The position numbers were made by a program, and so were the translations under genes. The notes below the pieces were generated by a model. The model worked only from the letters and a program-made list of their open reading frames with translations. It did not search any database and was not told the DNA's origin. DNA of 44,725 nucleotides from Basidiobolus meristosporus CBS 931.73 (taxonomy: Eukaryota; Fungi; Basidiobolomycota): the NCBI GenBank assembly GCA_002104905.1, contig MCFE01000690.1, positions 1 through 44,725 of the forward strand, in the 5' to 3' direction. Shown piece by piece: positions 24,236-35,797 of this stretch (within the stretch, counting starts at the first letter, position 1; each line of letters begins with the position of its first letter).

Positions 24236-26296
24236 TTAAAACCTCAGTTGTACCTCAATTGCCAATTGTATTGACCTATACAAGTCTCTATACCCCACAC
24301 TAACATTGATCCCAGCCCCACACTCAACAAGTAACTCCATTAAAATCCACCACTCAATAAGTATTTCTGCTGTAACGCTCTGGTTCCACAACTTTGGCAG
24401 GAACCCAACGGCTTTATGCCACTGTTCATTCACTGGTTCCCACACATCCTGGTCTTCAGCTGGCACTGCAAGGTCTAGCTCCTCATCTACCAGTCTTTGC
24501 AAAAAATCCTTGCAATATTCCAGTGCATTTTCTTGAGCACTGCTCTTGAAGAAGTGCTGCAACCTCTTGGTATGCCTATTAATGTTCCAAAACTCCACTG
24601 AAGGCATTATGATAGTCTTTCAAGCTCTTGACATTGTAGCCTTGTCTCTCAGTAGGATCTCCACTCTGTCAACAATGGAGGCTGTGGAGGCTGTGGTAGA
24701 CAAATTGCCTTTTTGAGCAAACGCATCTACCTTGCTGGAGTGTAGCTCAACTGGCTGCACTTCCAACTCTTGTGAAAATAGCTGTTTTCTTGTTGGCAAT
24801 TCTTCTTGGCTATGATGGGATTCAGTATGTTCCTGGCTTGCAGCATTAATTGGCAAGAACTGCAGTTTTTTTTGCATGCCTCCCTGTCTCAGGCTTGTGT
24901 AGGCATTTTTCCCTTTACCTTTTCCTTTATCACTGCCAGGTCTTTCACTGCTACTTTGTCTGAGTGCTTCTTGTAAAGAACTACGTTTTCTCCTGGATAA
25001 ATTCTGCTCTGACGCATCTGTTTTGGCCTGCTTGTCCCTTGCTGGCACTCTTCTGGCAGCCCAATGTTTCTTTTCAGCTTGTTTTGAGCTCTCAACTGTA
25101 GTGGTGACAGGCTCCTCTAAAAGCGGCTGGTTTTTATCAGTGCCAGGTCCTTCACTACTACTTTGACTGGATGCTTCTTGAGTGGTACTACGCTCTTTCC
25201 TTGATAAATGTTGTGATGGTGCATCCATGTCTGCCTACTTGTCCTTAATTGGCACTCTTCCAGCTGCCTGATGTCTCTTTGATGCTTGTCTGGAGCTTTT
25301 GGCCCTGCTTGTAATGGGCTCTTGAGGAAGCCACTGGTTTTTAGCCATGGCACCCTTGTTCTTCTGCCTCTGATAGTTTCTGCTATTCTTAAGATACTTT
25401 CCTAGCTTAACAATGCTGGCCCAGAATCTGTTTGCCCGTTTGAACCCAGGATAATGCACATTGAACAAGACAAGTGCATTCTGCTTGGCCTTCAGTTCCT
25501 GATGGTCCCATGGTATGCCAGCCTTAAGGTGATGGCGTGCTAGACTTCTGATGGCCACTTGTAAATTAGCCCACTCTTCATTATTGCACTCAACAGCTTC
25601 ATGGATCTTCAATGTCTTTTGATTTTTAGGCTTTAGTATAAACACCACATTGTCTCCCTCCCATGCAGTGATAGGTTTTTCTGTGGGCTTTATCTTTTGG
25701 CACTGTTGTTGTGCTTCAAAGACTGTATGGTGTTCCTCTGCTGTTACATCAGGAAATGGCTCAATTCTTGGCTGTGACATTGAGCTACTTGAGTTCCTTT
25801 TTTGCAGCAAAGATACTGCTTTCTCTACCTGCAATATTGATTGCTCTACACTTATTATCCACTCATCCTGTTTCTGGACTACTTCCTGATTTCTCTGGGC
25901 CATTGCATCTATCCTATCAGCCACTGCACCTAATTACTTCATTAATGCTTTGGTATGAGCTGACAACATACTTGCTAATATGAGTGGTGGTGATGGTATC
26001 ATGGCCACTTGCTGATCTTCAACAGAGGGTACTGCATTTGCTACATTCTCATCTGCCTGAGCACAATGATCAGCTTGTAGCTCCAAAGAGGTTCTCAATT
26101 ACCTACTTGACTGAGAGCCTGAGGAGTCTGCATTATTACCTTCAATGGGCACACTGTCCACAGGGCCTTTTTTGGATGTAGCCCCACTTGTTGCACTGAA
26201 TGTCAAAGCAAGCTGTTGTCCAACCATTCTTCTGTTGCCGTCAGCGGCGGGGTTTGGTTGAGAACCAGACAACTTTGCCTTATTTTTTGGTGGCAT
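24236..26296 (-). pseudogene. ORF-X: uncharacterised ~686-codon accessory gene of the CACTA-like element
   Basis: ORFs 26099-26296, 25235-25924, 24620-25228 and 24236-24607 share one frame, separated only by stops at 26099, 25934, 25235 and 24620. Confidence 0.8.
24925..25330 (-). repeat. two ~207-bp (69-aa) tandem units inside ORF-X
   Basis: PQEPITSRAKSSRQASKRH...PGTDK vs LEEPVTTTVESSKQAEKKH...PGSDK. Confidence 0.8.
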
Positions 26297-26446
26297 ATAT
26301 ATGGAAGTGAGTCAAACCAAAGGGGAAATAGTGTTACATATATGTGTGTATGTGGTGCCACAACTTTATTTATAATGCTTACTATGGTGGGTCATCATTG
26401 AATTGTACATTCAGGTAGGTGCAATAGACTTGTTCCATTGTACCGT

Positions 26447-27517
26447 TGTGGTGGTGTATAGGTCCAAGGGAGAGATACGTCCAACACTTCTCAAGTGTTT
26501 TGTGTGTGGGGTGTTCACTGGGTGAAATAACCTCTTGCAAAAGCTTGCTAGGAATACATGGGTTCTGTTTCTAATCTAATGTGATGGGGGATAAAGCCAC
26601 AAGCTTGTCAAGGGAAAACTATTGAGCTACAATCCCCAACTTAGTTGGTGTCTTAACAAAAGTATGTGCTGGGTTCAGCGTCCTTTGAGATGACAATGTA
26701 CTAAAGCTTCCAAAGTCAAAACAACTGTAAACTCCACCAGCAGGGACTTGATAAGAATGCAGCTTTGACCAATAGTTACAAAGACAGAAAAGTATCTTTG
26801 CCTGTACAAGAACAAACTTGGGAAAGAATCAAATATAATAAAAGATACCTACTCTGAGTATTCCTCACAAGTAGTGCCTCCAAGGTCAGTTGGCTGTCAG
26901 CACGGTTTCCTGGGAGTGTCCTGTGGTCTAGGGTTGGAAGTTCAGGTAGCAGCAGGTAGCAGTGATCACACTAATCAACAAGTTGGTATATTGATAAAAG
27001 GGATGATGATTTATTGTTGAGGGATAGCCTCCCTTATATACTTTTCTCACTGGCTAAGTGATTACTAATCATGGTGTTCCAGAAGGTTCCGGAGATCAAT
27101 AGAAATCTTAATGACATCAGAATGACCTAAGAATGTTCTAAGTAGGTGCCGGTAGGTTTTAAGAGGCACAGCACATCCAACCAATCAGGAGTCAGTATTC
27201 TGAAACCTGTGTAACATGGGGATACCATATATGGTATTGAAATGGTAGGGATGGTGACACGGGCTGATCATGTGTCACAGGTACTGGCGCGGGTACTTGC
27301 CTAATATAGAAGTACTTATAGCTAGTAATCTTACATAAAGTGAGGGGTAACTTATGCAATAAGGTAAGCAGGTGTGATAGTCAACCGGCTTATGGGATAG
27401 TACTGATTGGGTAAGACAAATGGGATAAAACTAAAATAAGTGTAGTAGAGATATAGGGAAGTAGAAAATAAGGGAATGAGCACATCTGTCAGTGGGTGTC
27501 ACTGTCACCCCACTACA
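26447..27517 (-). mobile_element. solo LTR, family C (diverged variant)
   Basis: TGTGGTGG...CCACTACA on +, flanked by CCGT at 26443-26446 and 27518-27521. Confidence 0.92.
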
Positions 27518-27521
27518 CCGT

Positions 27522-28599
27522 TGTGGTGGTGTATAAGTCCAGAGGGCAAAATACGGCCAACACTTCTCAAGTGTGAATGTGTGTGGGGTGTTCACTGGGT
27601 GCGATAACCTCTGGCAAAAGCTTGCTAGGAATACTGGGTCTTTTGTCTAATCTAATGTGATGGGGGATAAAGCCTCAAGCTTGTCAAGGGAAAACTATTG
27701 AACTACAATCCCCAACTTAGTTGGCGTCTTAACAAAGGTTTATAATGGCTTCGACATCCTTTGAGATGACAATGTACTAAAGCTTCCAAAGTCAAAACAA
27801 CTGTAAACTCCACCAACAGGGACTTGATAAGAATGCAGCTTTGACCAATAGTTACAAAGACTGAAAAGTATCTTTGCCTGTACAAGAACAAACTTGGGAA
27901 AACAAACAAATATAATAAAATATACCTACTCTGAGTATTCCTCACAAGTAGTGCCTCCAAGGTCAGTTGGCTGTCAGTGCGGTTTCCTGGGAGTGTTGTC
28001 AGGTCTGAGTCAGAAAATAGTGGTAATAGGTAGCGGTGTTCTCACTAATCAATAAGTCGGAATATTGGAAGAGGGATGATTTATTTTAAGGGATAGCCTC
28101 CTTTATATACTTTTTTGCTGCTCAATTTCTTGCTAGAAAATACTCTCCGGAAGTTTCCAGAAGGTAGTAGACAGCCAATCATGTCATTGTGTACTAAAAT
28201 AGCGCAAATTCTTGGCCAATTGTTCCATGAGACATAGTAGCACCTGGCCAATCAGGTAGTGGTAATATGAAACCCCTGTGTCATGTGGTTGCCTCTTATG
28301 GTAGTGGGATAGGAGGGTTATGAAACCAAAATGGTCACATGACATGGGCACCGTTGGGGTACTTGCCTTATATGGTAACTATCTTATCTTGGCATCTTGG
28401 CAAGGAATAGGAATAGCTTGTGCAATGGGTTAATAGTGACAAATAGTTTGTCAGGTTGCATAGTAATAATCACATATACAGTATAGAGAATATTGCAATT
28501 TGGGATGATACTAATATAGGGGGGGTAATCCTTTTTTAGGGAAGTGAATGTATGAGAATGAGCACATCTGCCTGTGGGTGTCACTGTGACCCCACTACA
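27522..28599 (-). repeat. C 3' LTR
   Basis: TG...CA ends; homologous to 33635-34713. Confidence 0.95.
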
Positions 28600-28613
28600 T
28601 CCACCCCCCTCTC
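28600..28613 (-). other. polypurine tract of C
   Basis: GAGAGGGGGGTGGA on the minus strand, abutting the 3' LTR. Confidence 0.88.
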
Positions 28614-28638
28614 AGCTTTGAACTCAGGTCAAAGCAAA

Positions 28639-31600
28639 CTAAATGTGATGTGCGAAATTCCGGTGCTTGAATAGCTTTAGTCTGTTTCCTGCCACAGGTG
28701 TTCTTAGCGGTGTTGCATCAAGTTCAGACAAGTAGTAGCTTCCATTTCCAATCACCTTAGAGATAATAAATGGGCCAGACCATTTATTGTCAAATTTGCA
28801 ACTCCACTGCTTGTCTAAAGTGGAATCATAGAGCAGTACTGGATCTCCTTGCAGTAATGGTTTTGGTCTAAGGCTATGTGACTTGTCAAATGGTTCCTTG
28901 TTTTGAAGTCTTGTCTCTTTGAGTTTAGCAGCTGCTTGGGTAATATCAAGTTCATGGTGATCAAGCTGTTTGATATGTGTAGTCAGTAGTTCTTCTGTAC
29001 TCATTGTAGTTCTCCACTCTAGCATGTTCCAGGATATTGAGTCAAGCTCTATGGGAAGAACGCAATCATGTCCGTAAAGCAATTTGAATGGAGATAGACC
29101 TGTGCTGCGCTTTGTAGTGATTCTATCTGCCCAGAGTGCTAGATGAAGTTGTGTAGGCCACTGTAGTGTCATGTTGTTGCAGCTCTTGACCAGGGAGTTA
29201 ACCTACGGGCCATGGCCTCTTTCAACCATTCCATTGGCCTGTGGGTGATAAGCGGTGGTGAAAGCAATATGAATCTTGTATTGTGAGCAGAGTTCCTGGA
29301 TCAAATTTGAAGTCATTTCTCCTTGGTCAGCAACAAACTGGCTGATGCAGCCAAATCTGCATATTATATCTTCAAGAATAAATCTCCATATGGTGTGGCT
29401 TTTGTTATTGGATAGGGCTTGAGCTTCTACCCACCCACTCAGATCATCTCTGGCAACAACAAGGTACTTCTTGGTTCCAGCAGTTGGCATGTGGACAAGG
29501 TCAATGCCAACCTTCTGCCATAACCAAGGTGTGTAGGTTGGATGGAGCGGCTCCTAATATCTCTTGGTTGACCTTCTTTGGCAAATGTCACAAGATTCAA
29601 CAAAGTGTTGGACATCATGATACATATGCTCCCAGTAGTATCTACTGGAAACAACATTGTAAGTGGCATCTCTGCCTCTATGACCACCGGGTCTTCCTTC
29701 ATGAAGGCTTGACATAATAGTCAGTTGTTCCTGGGGCTTAACTATAACTCTCCTTGGTGTCTGTCCAGGCTTTACTCGTTTGAAGAGGAGGCCATCTTTT
29801 ATGTAGAAATGATGGGCCTTCTTCCTGAGCTTTCTGAAATCATGTGGGCTCATTCCTGGTGGCTTCTCTAAGGTTCTCAGATAGTCTTGAATGGTGTTCC
29901 ACGTAGAGTTGTTGGGCTTCTTCACGTGTAGTTGTTGGATTTCTGCATCAATTATGTCATCAAAGTCAGGGTCCATATCTTCAGACAACTGTGGTCCCTT
30001 CCTGGAGAGTGCATCAGCCACAACATTTGTCTTGCCAGGGATATGTCTGACCTCAAAGTCAAACATTTTCAGCCATGCCATCCACCAATTTGTGGCATCA
30101 TCAGGTAGATCAGGCTTGTTGATCATTCCTATAAGTGGCTTAGCATCTGTCTCCAGGATGAAATGTGTCATGTAGAGTTGTGACTTCAGCTTTCTCAGCA
30201 TCTTCACAACTCCTAGTAGCTCTCTCTTAATCTGTGAGTATCTTTGTTCTCTAGGAGAGAAGAGGCAGCTCTCATATCTGCAGGCATAGCGGTTACCATC
30301 TTCATCATCTTGGCCAAGTAGTGCTCCAGCTCCTATAGGGCTTGCATCCACCGTCAAGATAGGTGGGCATTCAGTGTTCTGATAGTCAAGAGGTCTCAGA
30401 ACTGGTGGAGATACTAAGGCCTCTTTTAGTAATTGCATGGCTTCTTCTTGCTCTTCTCCCCAGTTAAATGGGGCATTCTTTCTCTGTAGTTGGTAGATTG
30501 GTTCTGCTATCTCAGAAAATCTGGGGATCCAGATCCTAAAGAACCCACAAGCTGCCACAAAGCCACAAGCTTGTGTTAGATTTGTGGGGGTAGGCCAGTT
30601 GCATATCTTTTGTGTCTTGGAGTCTCCAGGTGAACGACCAAAGGTGTTGCATTTTTGTCCAACAATGGATATCTCTGATACACCAAAGCTGCTTTTCTCA
30701 CCACTGACGGTGAGTCCAGCTTTTTCAATGGCTCCTAATATGGCATCATTGTCTGAAATATGGTCATAGACAAACTTTCTTACTCCAGGCATAACTTCAG
30801 TTGTGTCCCAGAGTTTTGGTCCTTTGATGCCTATGTCATCAACAAAGACAGCAAGTTTCTCAGGTATAAACTGGTAGAGCACATTCACCATGCATCTCTG
30901 GAACTGAGCCACGGAGTTTGTGGCCCCTTTGCTGAGTCTGGTCATTCTTAACAGTCCAAATGGTGTCTGGAGTGCAAACATATCTCTTGATGTCTCATCT
31001 AGGTGGATCTGGTCATATCCTGAGTAGAGATCATATGTTGAGTAGATGGAGTGACCACTAAAGCTTTCTGCAAAGTCATCAATAGACGGAGGTATTGCGG
31101 CATCTCTGATAGCGACAGCATTTGCAGGTTGCATGTCTTGAATGAATCGGAGCTTCCCATTCTTCTTTTTGGTCACAAACCATCTGTTAGCATAAGGTCC
31201 ATGGCAAGGTTCTAGGATACCAGCTTCAATCTTCTTCTTAAGTAGGTCATGCACATCAGCTTGGAGTCCTCTAGGTAGTGGGTAAGGCTTCAATGACCAG
31301 GGTGTGTTGGGCACTGTGTGAATCTTGAAAGGTTTTTCAACCAATGTCTTTAAGAGTCCTATCTCCTTGTCATTATATGAGAAAACCTTATCATGTCTTA
31401 TCAGGGTTTCTTCAATTAGTAAGATCTCCTCCGGTGTTAGGTTTCCATCACCAATGATAAGTTGCTTAAGTGTCTGAGGTGTAAGTTGTATATCTTCTGG
31501 GGTTCCTTCTGGTGGTCTGATGTAATCAGCAGGTTGAGATCCATCAGTTAAAGGTGTAAGTGATGGTCTAATCTTCTGTTCTACTGTCTTGTATTTTTTG

Positions 31601-32187
31601 CGAACCATAGCTGTCTGCTCCTGTATACCTAATGAGCAGCTCCAACTGTTGGGGTGTATATTGTCAGGCTCCTCATCTTCTTCTATAACAAGTTGTGTCT
31701 TCTGGCAGGCGGTATGTGTCCTCTTATTGTTGGGTGTTACCCCACAGAATGTTGACTGTAGTCCTGGGTTGGATCCTTGTATAGAGTACCACACTGACCC
31801 ATCAGAATAGTTGGTAGTTGTAGCCTTAGTACTGGTCTCCCATGGTCTGCCTAACAGAAGGTCAAAGTTTGCCTTCTGGCAGATAAAGAGGGGAAGCCAG
31901 ACCTTGATTCCTTGTACCTCAATAGGGAACTTGTGCACTACATCATAGAGTGGACTAGATCCTGAGTTTGCATCAGTCATGTTCCATCCAATATCTCTAT
32001 CAACAGGCAGTAGCTCCTTGCTTCTAAGCGTCTTCCAGAAGTCTAGCGGCATAACACAAATCTCCGAACCACTGTCAATATGGCAGTCAACAGGGTCATC
32101 ATAAATATACCCTTTCACCACAGCAGTTGCTACTGAGTAAAAGGTCTTATATTTGGTAGCGATTGTCATCCTTTTTGTGGTCTTCAT
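28639..32187 (-). pseudogene. C pol (PR-RT-RH-IN) with two in-frame TAG stops
   Basis: 877-aa ORF (HIDSGSEIC, FVDDIGIK, TVDASPIG, HHCC) continues in frame through stops at 29554 and 29203 to the integrase core (HPQANGMVERGH) and the C-terminus. Confidence 0.93.
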
Positions 32188-33494
32188 GGTTTGTCTGGAT
32201 TATATGGGTGTCCATATGTTCAACAGCTTGTCTTCTTGTTCTAAGCTGCTCATCAAAGGTCTTCCTAACAGACGGTGATACACTCATGATTTCTCCAACT
32301 GACAAAGTGAGGTTCTGCTTCAGTAGTTTCTCAGTAATCAATTGGGGGCTTGAGTAGCCTGCTATCTTTGAGGTCATCTGAAAGTGAGGTAATGGGTCTT
32401 GGGTAGGCAGTGTTCCAGGCCTCTTGTCAATAATAACCTCAGGCTCTTCAAATTGTGGTCTTCTAAGGATGGGTTTGACAGGTTCTTCAGGAAGGTGTCT
32501 CTTAGTAGCAAAGGTGTCTACTTCGTATTTTCTGTTGTCAGGGCTGTTTGGACTCACTGTATGAGTCTCAATAGGGGCATCAACAGTAATCTTTCTAGTT
32601 GCTGAGTCAGACTTCTGGAAAAGGGCTCTCATTCCGCCTCTTCGGAAATTAGTGGGAATCCTTTTTCCTTCCTTATCAGCAAGCATTCCATCAGCATCAA
32701 ACTGTACTGTTCCTTCTCTAAGTAGCTGGCTAAGCTCTGAGCATTCATGTCTGGCATGCTGAGTAGAGTCACACCAAATGCAGTGTCTAGGCAGAGCTCT
32801 TTGGCCCTCAGTAGCTACTTCGGCTGAGCCGTTAATCTTGAGGGCTAGCTTTTGTAGCTGTTCAGCAAGTTGGTCAATTCTGTCAGTAGTGTAGGTCTGA
32901 TTGTCAGCAACAGCACTCTTTAGGCTCCTTAGTTGGTTGGTCTGGCAGATTAGATGTCAGAAGTCTCATAAAGGTAGAAGTTTGCTTTGCCTCTAGGAGT
33001 ACACGTTTCATCTCTGCAAAGCAAGGAATGCCAGACTTGTCATCCTTGACTGCATGTAGGTCAACTTTCCTTGCTAATTCCTGGGGAAGCCCTTGTGCAA
33101 GGTAAAGTGTCATGGTAAACTCAGTTATTGCCTGGGACTCTAGGAGTGGCTTGGCCATATCTTCATATTGTTGAATGAACTCTTCAAGTGGTAGCTTGGA
33201 GAGTCCCATCCTTCCAAAGTGTCTGAGGTCCTCAATTCCATAGTATATCTGGGGTCTGCCATACTCGGTCTGAAGGTAGGTCTTCATTAAGGTCCAGTCA
33301 GTCAGAATGTCTCCTTGTCTGAGAAGCTTGGTAGTAATATCATCAGTGCAGTAGTAGGGGAAGTCTTCAGCCATTTCTTGTTCAGATAGGCTGCACATCT
33401 TGCAGAGCTTCTCCCATTTGAATATGAAGCTCTCCACATTCTTTCCATCAAACTGTGGGGCTCCATGTGAGAGTGGTAACGGCATAGAGTTCAT
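32147..33494 (-). pseudogene. C gag with CIWCDSTQHARHEC knuckle; one frameshift
   Basis: ORF 32904-33494 (APQFDGKNVESF) joins a second frame near 32920 that runs through the knuckle into ORF 32147-32686; resembles DUF4100-type fungal Gags. Confidence 0.85.
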
Positions 33495-33613
33495 TTTGGG
33501 TACGTAGATTGGTGTTATAGTCTTGATGATATCGGTAGTCTTGTTTCAATAAATGGGTGACGGCTCAAATCTTCAGGTAAATCTTGTTGGGTCCTAGGGA
33601 GCTTGTATGAACC

Positions 33614-33630
33614 CCCCACGTTGGGTGCCA
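33614..33630 (-). other. primer-binding site, tRNA-Lys(CUU) type
   Basis: TGGCACCCAACGTGGGG, one CpG-type mismatch from TGGCGCCCAACGTGGGG, 4 nt after the 5' LTR. Confidence 0.85.
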
Positions 33631-33634
33631 AATT

Positions 33635-34713
33635 TGTGGTGGTGTATAAGTCCAAAGGGCAAAATACGGCCAACACTTCTCAAGTGTGAATGTGTGTGGG
33701 GTGTTCACTGGGTGCGATAACCTCTGGCAAAAGCTTGCTAGGAATACTGGGTCTTTTATCTAATCTAATGTGATGGGGGATAAAGCCTCAAGCTTGTCAA
33801 GGGAAAACTATTGAACTACAATCCCCAACTTAGTTGGTGTCTTAACAAAAGTTTATAATGGCTTTGACGTCCTTTGAGATGACAATGTACTAAAGCTTCC
33901 AAAGTCAAAACAACTGTAAACTCCACCAACAGGGACTTGATAAGAATGCAGCTTTGACCAATAGTTACAAAGACTGAAAAGTATCTTTGCCTGTACAAGA
34001 ACAAACTTGGGAAAACAAACAAATATAATAAAATATACCTACTCTGAGTATTCCTCACAAGTAGTGCCTCCAAGGTCAGTTGGCTGTCAGCGCGGTTTCC
34101 TGGGAGTGTTGTCAGGTCTGAGTCAGAAAATAGTGGTAATAGGTAGCGGTGATCTCACTAATCAATAAGTTGGAATATTGGAAGAGGGATGATTTATTTT
34201 AAGGGATAGCCTCCCTTATATACTTTTTTGCTGCTCAATTTCTTGCTAGAAAATACTTTCCGGAAGTTTCCAGAAGGTAGTAGACAACCAATCATGTCTT
34301 TGTGTACTAAAAATAGCGCAAATTCTTGGCGGATTGTTCCATGAGACATAGTAGTACCTAGCCAATCAGGTAGTGGTAACATGAAACCTCTGTGTCATGT
34401 GGTTGCCTCTTATGGTAGTGAGATGGGGGATTATGAGACCAAGATGGTCACGTGACATGGGCACTGTTGGGGTACTTGCCTTATAAGGTAACTATCTTAT
34501 CTTGGCATCTCGGCAAGGAATAAGAATAGCTTGTGCAATGGGTTAATAGGGACAAATAGTTTGTCAGGTTGCATAGTAATAATCACATAGACAAAAATAG
34601 GAAATATTGCAAATTTGGGATGATAATAATATAGGCGGGGTAATCCTTTTTAGGGAAGTGAATGCATAAGAATGAGCACATCTGCCTGTGGGTGTCACTG
34701 TGACCCCACTACA
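33635..34713 (-). repeat. C 5' LTR
   Basis: TG...CA ends, adjacent to the PBS. Confidence 0.95.
34215..34222 (-). promoter_or_regulatory. candidate TATA box of the C LTR
   Basis: TATATAAG on minus (TATATAAA at 28102-28109 in the other LTR), at the same position in all three C LTRs, with CCAAT-like motifs on the U3 side. Confidence 0.45.
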
Positions 34714-35797
34714 CCGCCATGGATTTCACCCTTTGAGCCCCATCCATGCAAGCCTTCCTATGGATCATATTGCAATTGATCTAGCTGGACCTTTCACCAC
34801 TAGTGATGATGGTAATCACTACCTCTTTGTAATTGTGGATGTCTGCACACGTTTTGTCTTCCTCAAAGCTATCCCAGACAAGTATGCTGCCACTATTGCA
34901 CAAGAACTATTCAAGCTCTTCTGCCTTTTTGGATTCCCTAAGGTCATTCAATCGGATAATGGAACAGAATTTGTGAATCACGTGATCAAAGCCCTTTGCC
35001 AGAATAGTGCCATTGATCACCGTCTGATCACTCCATATCATCCCAAAGCTAATGGACTGGCTGAAAGACATGCTCAGACCTCAATGAACATCATCAGGAA
35101 ATCTATCAAAGGTATCAAGAAGAATTGGGACAAGTACATTCCAACTGTACAATATGCTATCAACACCAAAATTGCCGCTCTACATGGATCAACACCATTT
35201 TCCTTGATGTTTGGAAGAAGATACAACCACTTTGGAGACTACCAGAATACATAGTTAACAAGTTGGAATACAGACAAGCTAAAGAACCGGCTTGAGTACC
35301 TTACCAACATTGTCTACCCTGCTATCAGTGCCAGAAGTAAGGCCTCTCAGCAAAAGATGACTTCAACGTACGCCTCAAGACACAGGAACAGCAGCTTCCC
35401 AGATGGGTCATATGTCATGACACTAGATCCAATCCGGCAATCTAAGCTTGACCCCAAGTATGAAGGACCATTCAAGGTTGTCAGACGCACTACTGGAGGA
35501 TCTTATGTACTTCAGGATAACACTGCAGCACTGCTACCCAAAAACTTTCCACCTTCTTCACTCATACTTATTTCTCAAGACCCAGTAACTTTGGAATCCT
35601 ATGAAGTTGAAGCTATTGTGGACCATGATGGAGAAGAACCAAATTGCCTTTATTTAGTCAAGTGGAAAGGCTATGATGCCAAACACAACACCTGGGAACC
35701 TTACACCAACTTTGATGATGTTGCCATTATTGATCAGTATTGGAGCCGCAGAGGAACCCAGAAGGTATCAAAAAACTCCTCTTCCGGAAGGAAGTGA
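34714..35797 (+). pseudogene. D2 integrase core plus chromodomain, one in-frame stop
   Basis: IAIDLAGP, QSDNGTEF, HPKANGLAER; YEVEAIVDH...YLVKWKGYDAKHNTWEP; TAG at 35252-35254. Confidence 0.92.

Larger units (their letters stand above)
27522..34713 (-). mobile_element. Ty3/gypsy family C, near-intact (~7.2 kb)
   Basis: Two ~1.08-kb LTRs, PBS, PPT, gag and pol. Confidence 0.96.

Noticed and set aside
21411-26446. CACTA terminal inverted repeats
   Set aside because: Every visible end is cut by another element or a deletion; no TIR or TSD can be supported.
27518-27521. LTR-CCGT-LTR as a 2-LTR circle junction
   Set aside because: A circle junction should carry the PBS-side (AATT) and PPT-side (GA) bases. 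The spacer instead equals the TSD at 26443-26446.
27703-27960. 85-aa ORF repeated at 33816-34073
   Set aside because: It lies within the LTRs, starts at TTG, and is conserved only because the LTRs are near-identical.
34688-35254. 188-aa ORF as an LTR-driven integrase gene
   Set aside because: It has a GTG start inside the C LTR, which is oriented the other way; this is a chance in-frame fusion.
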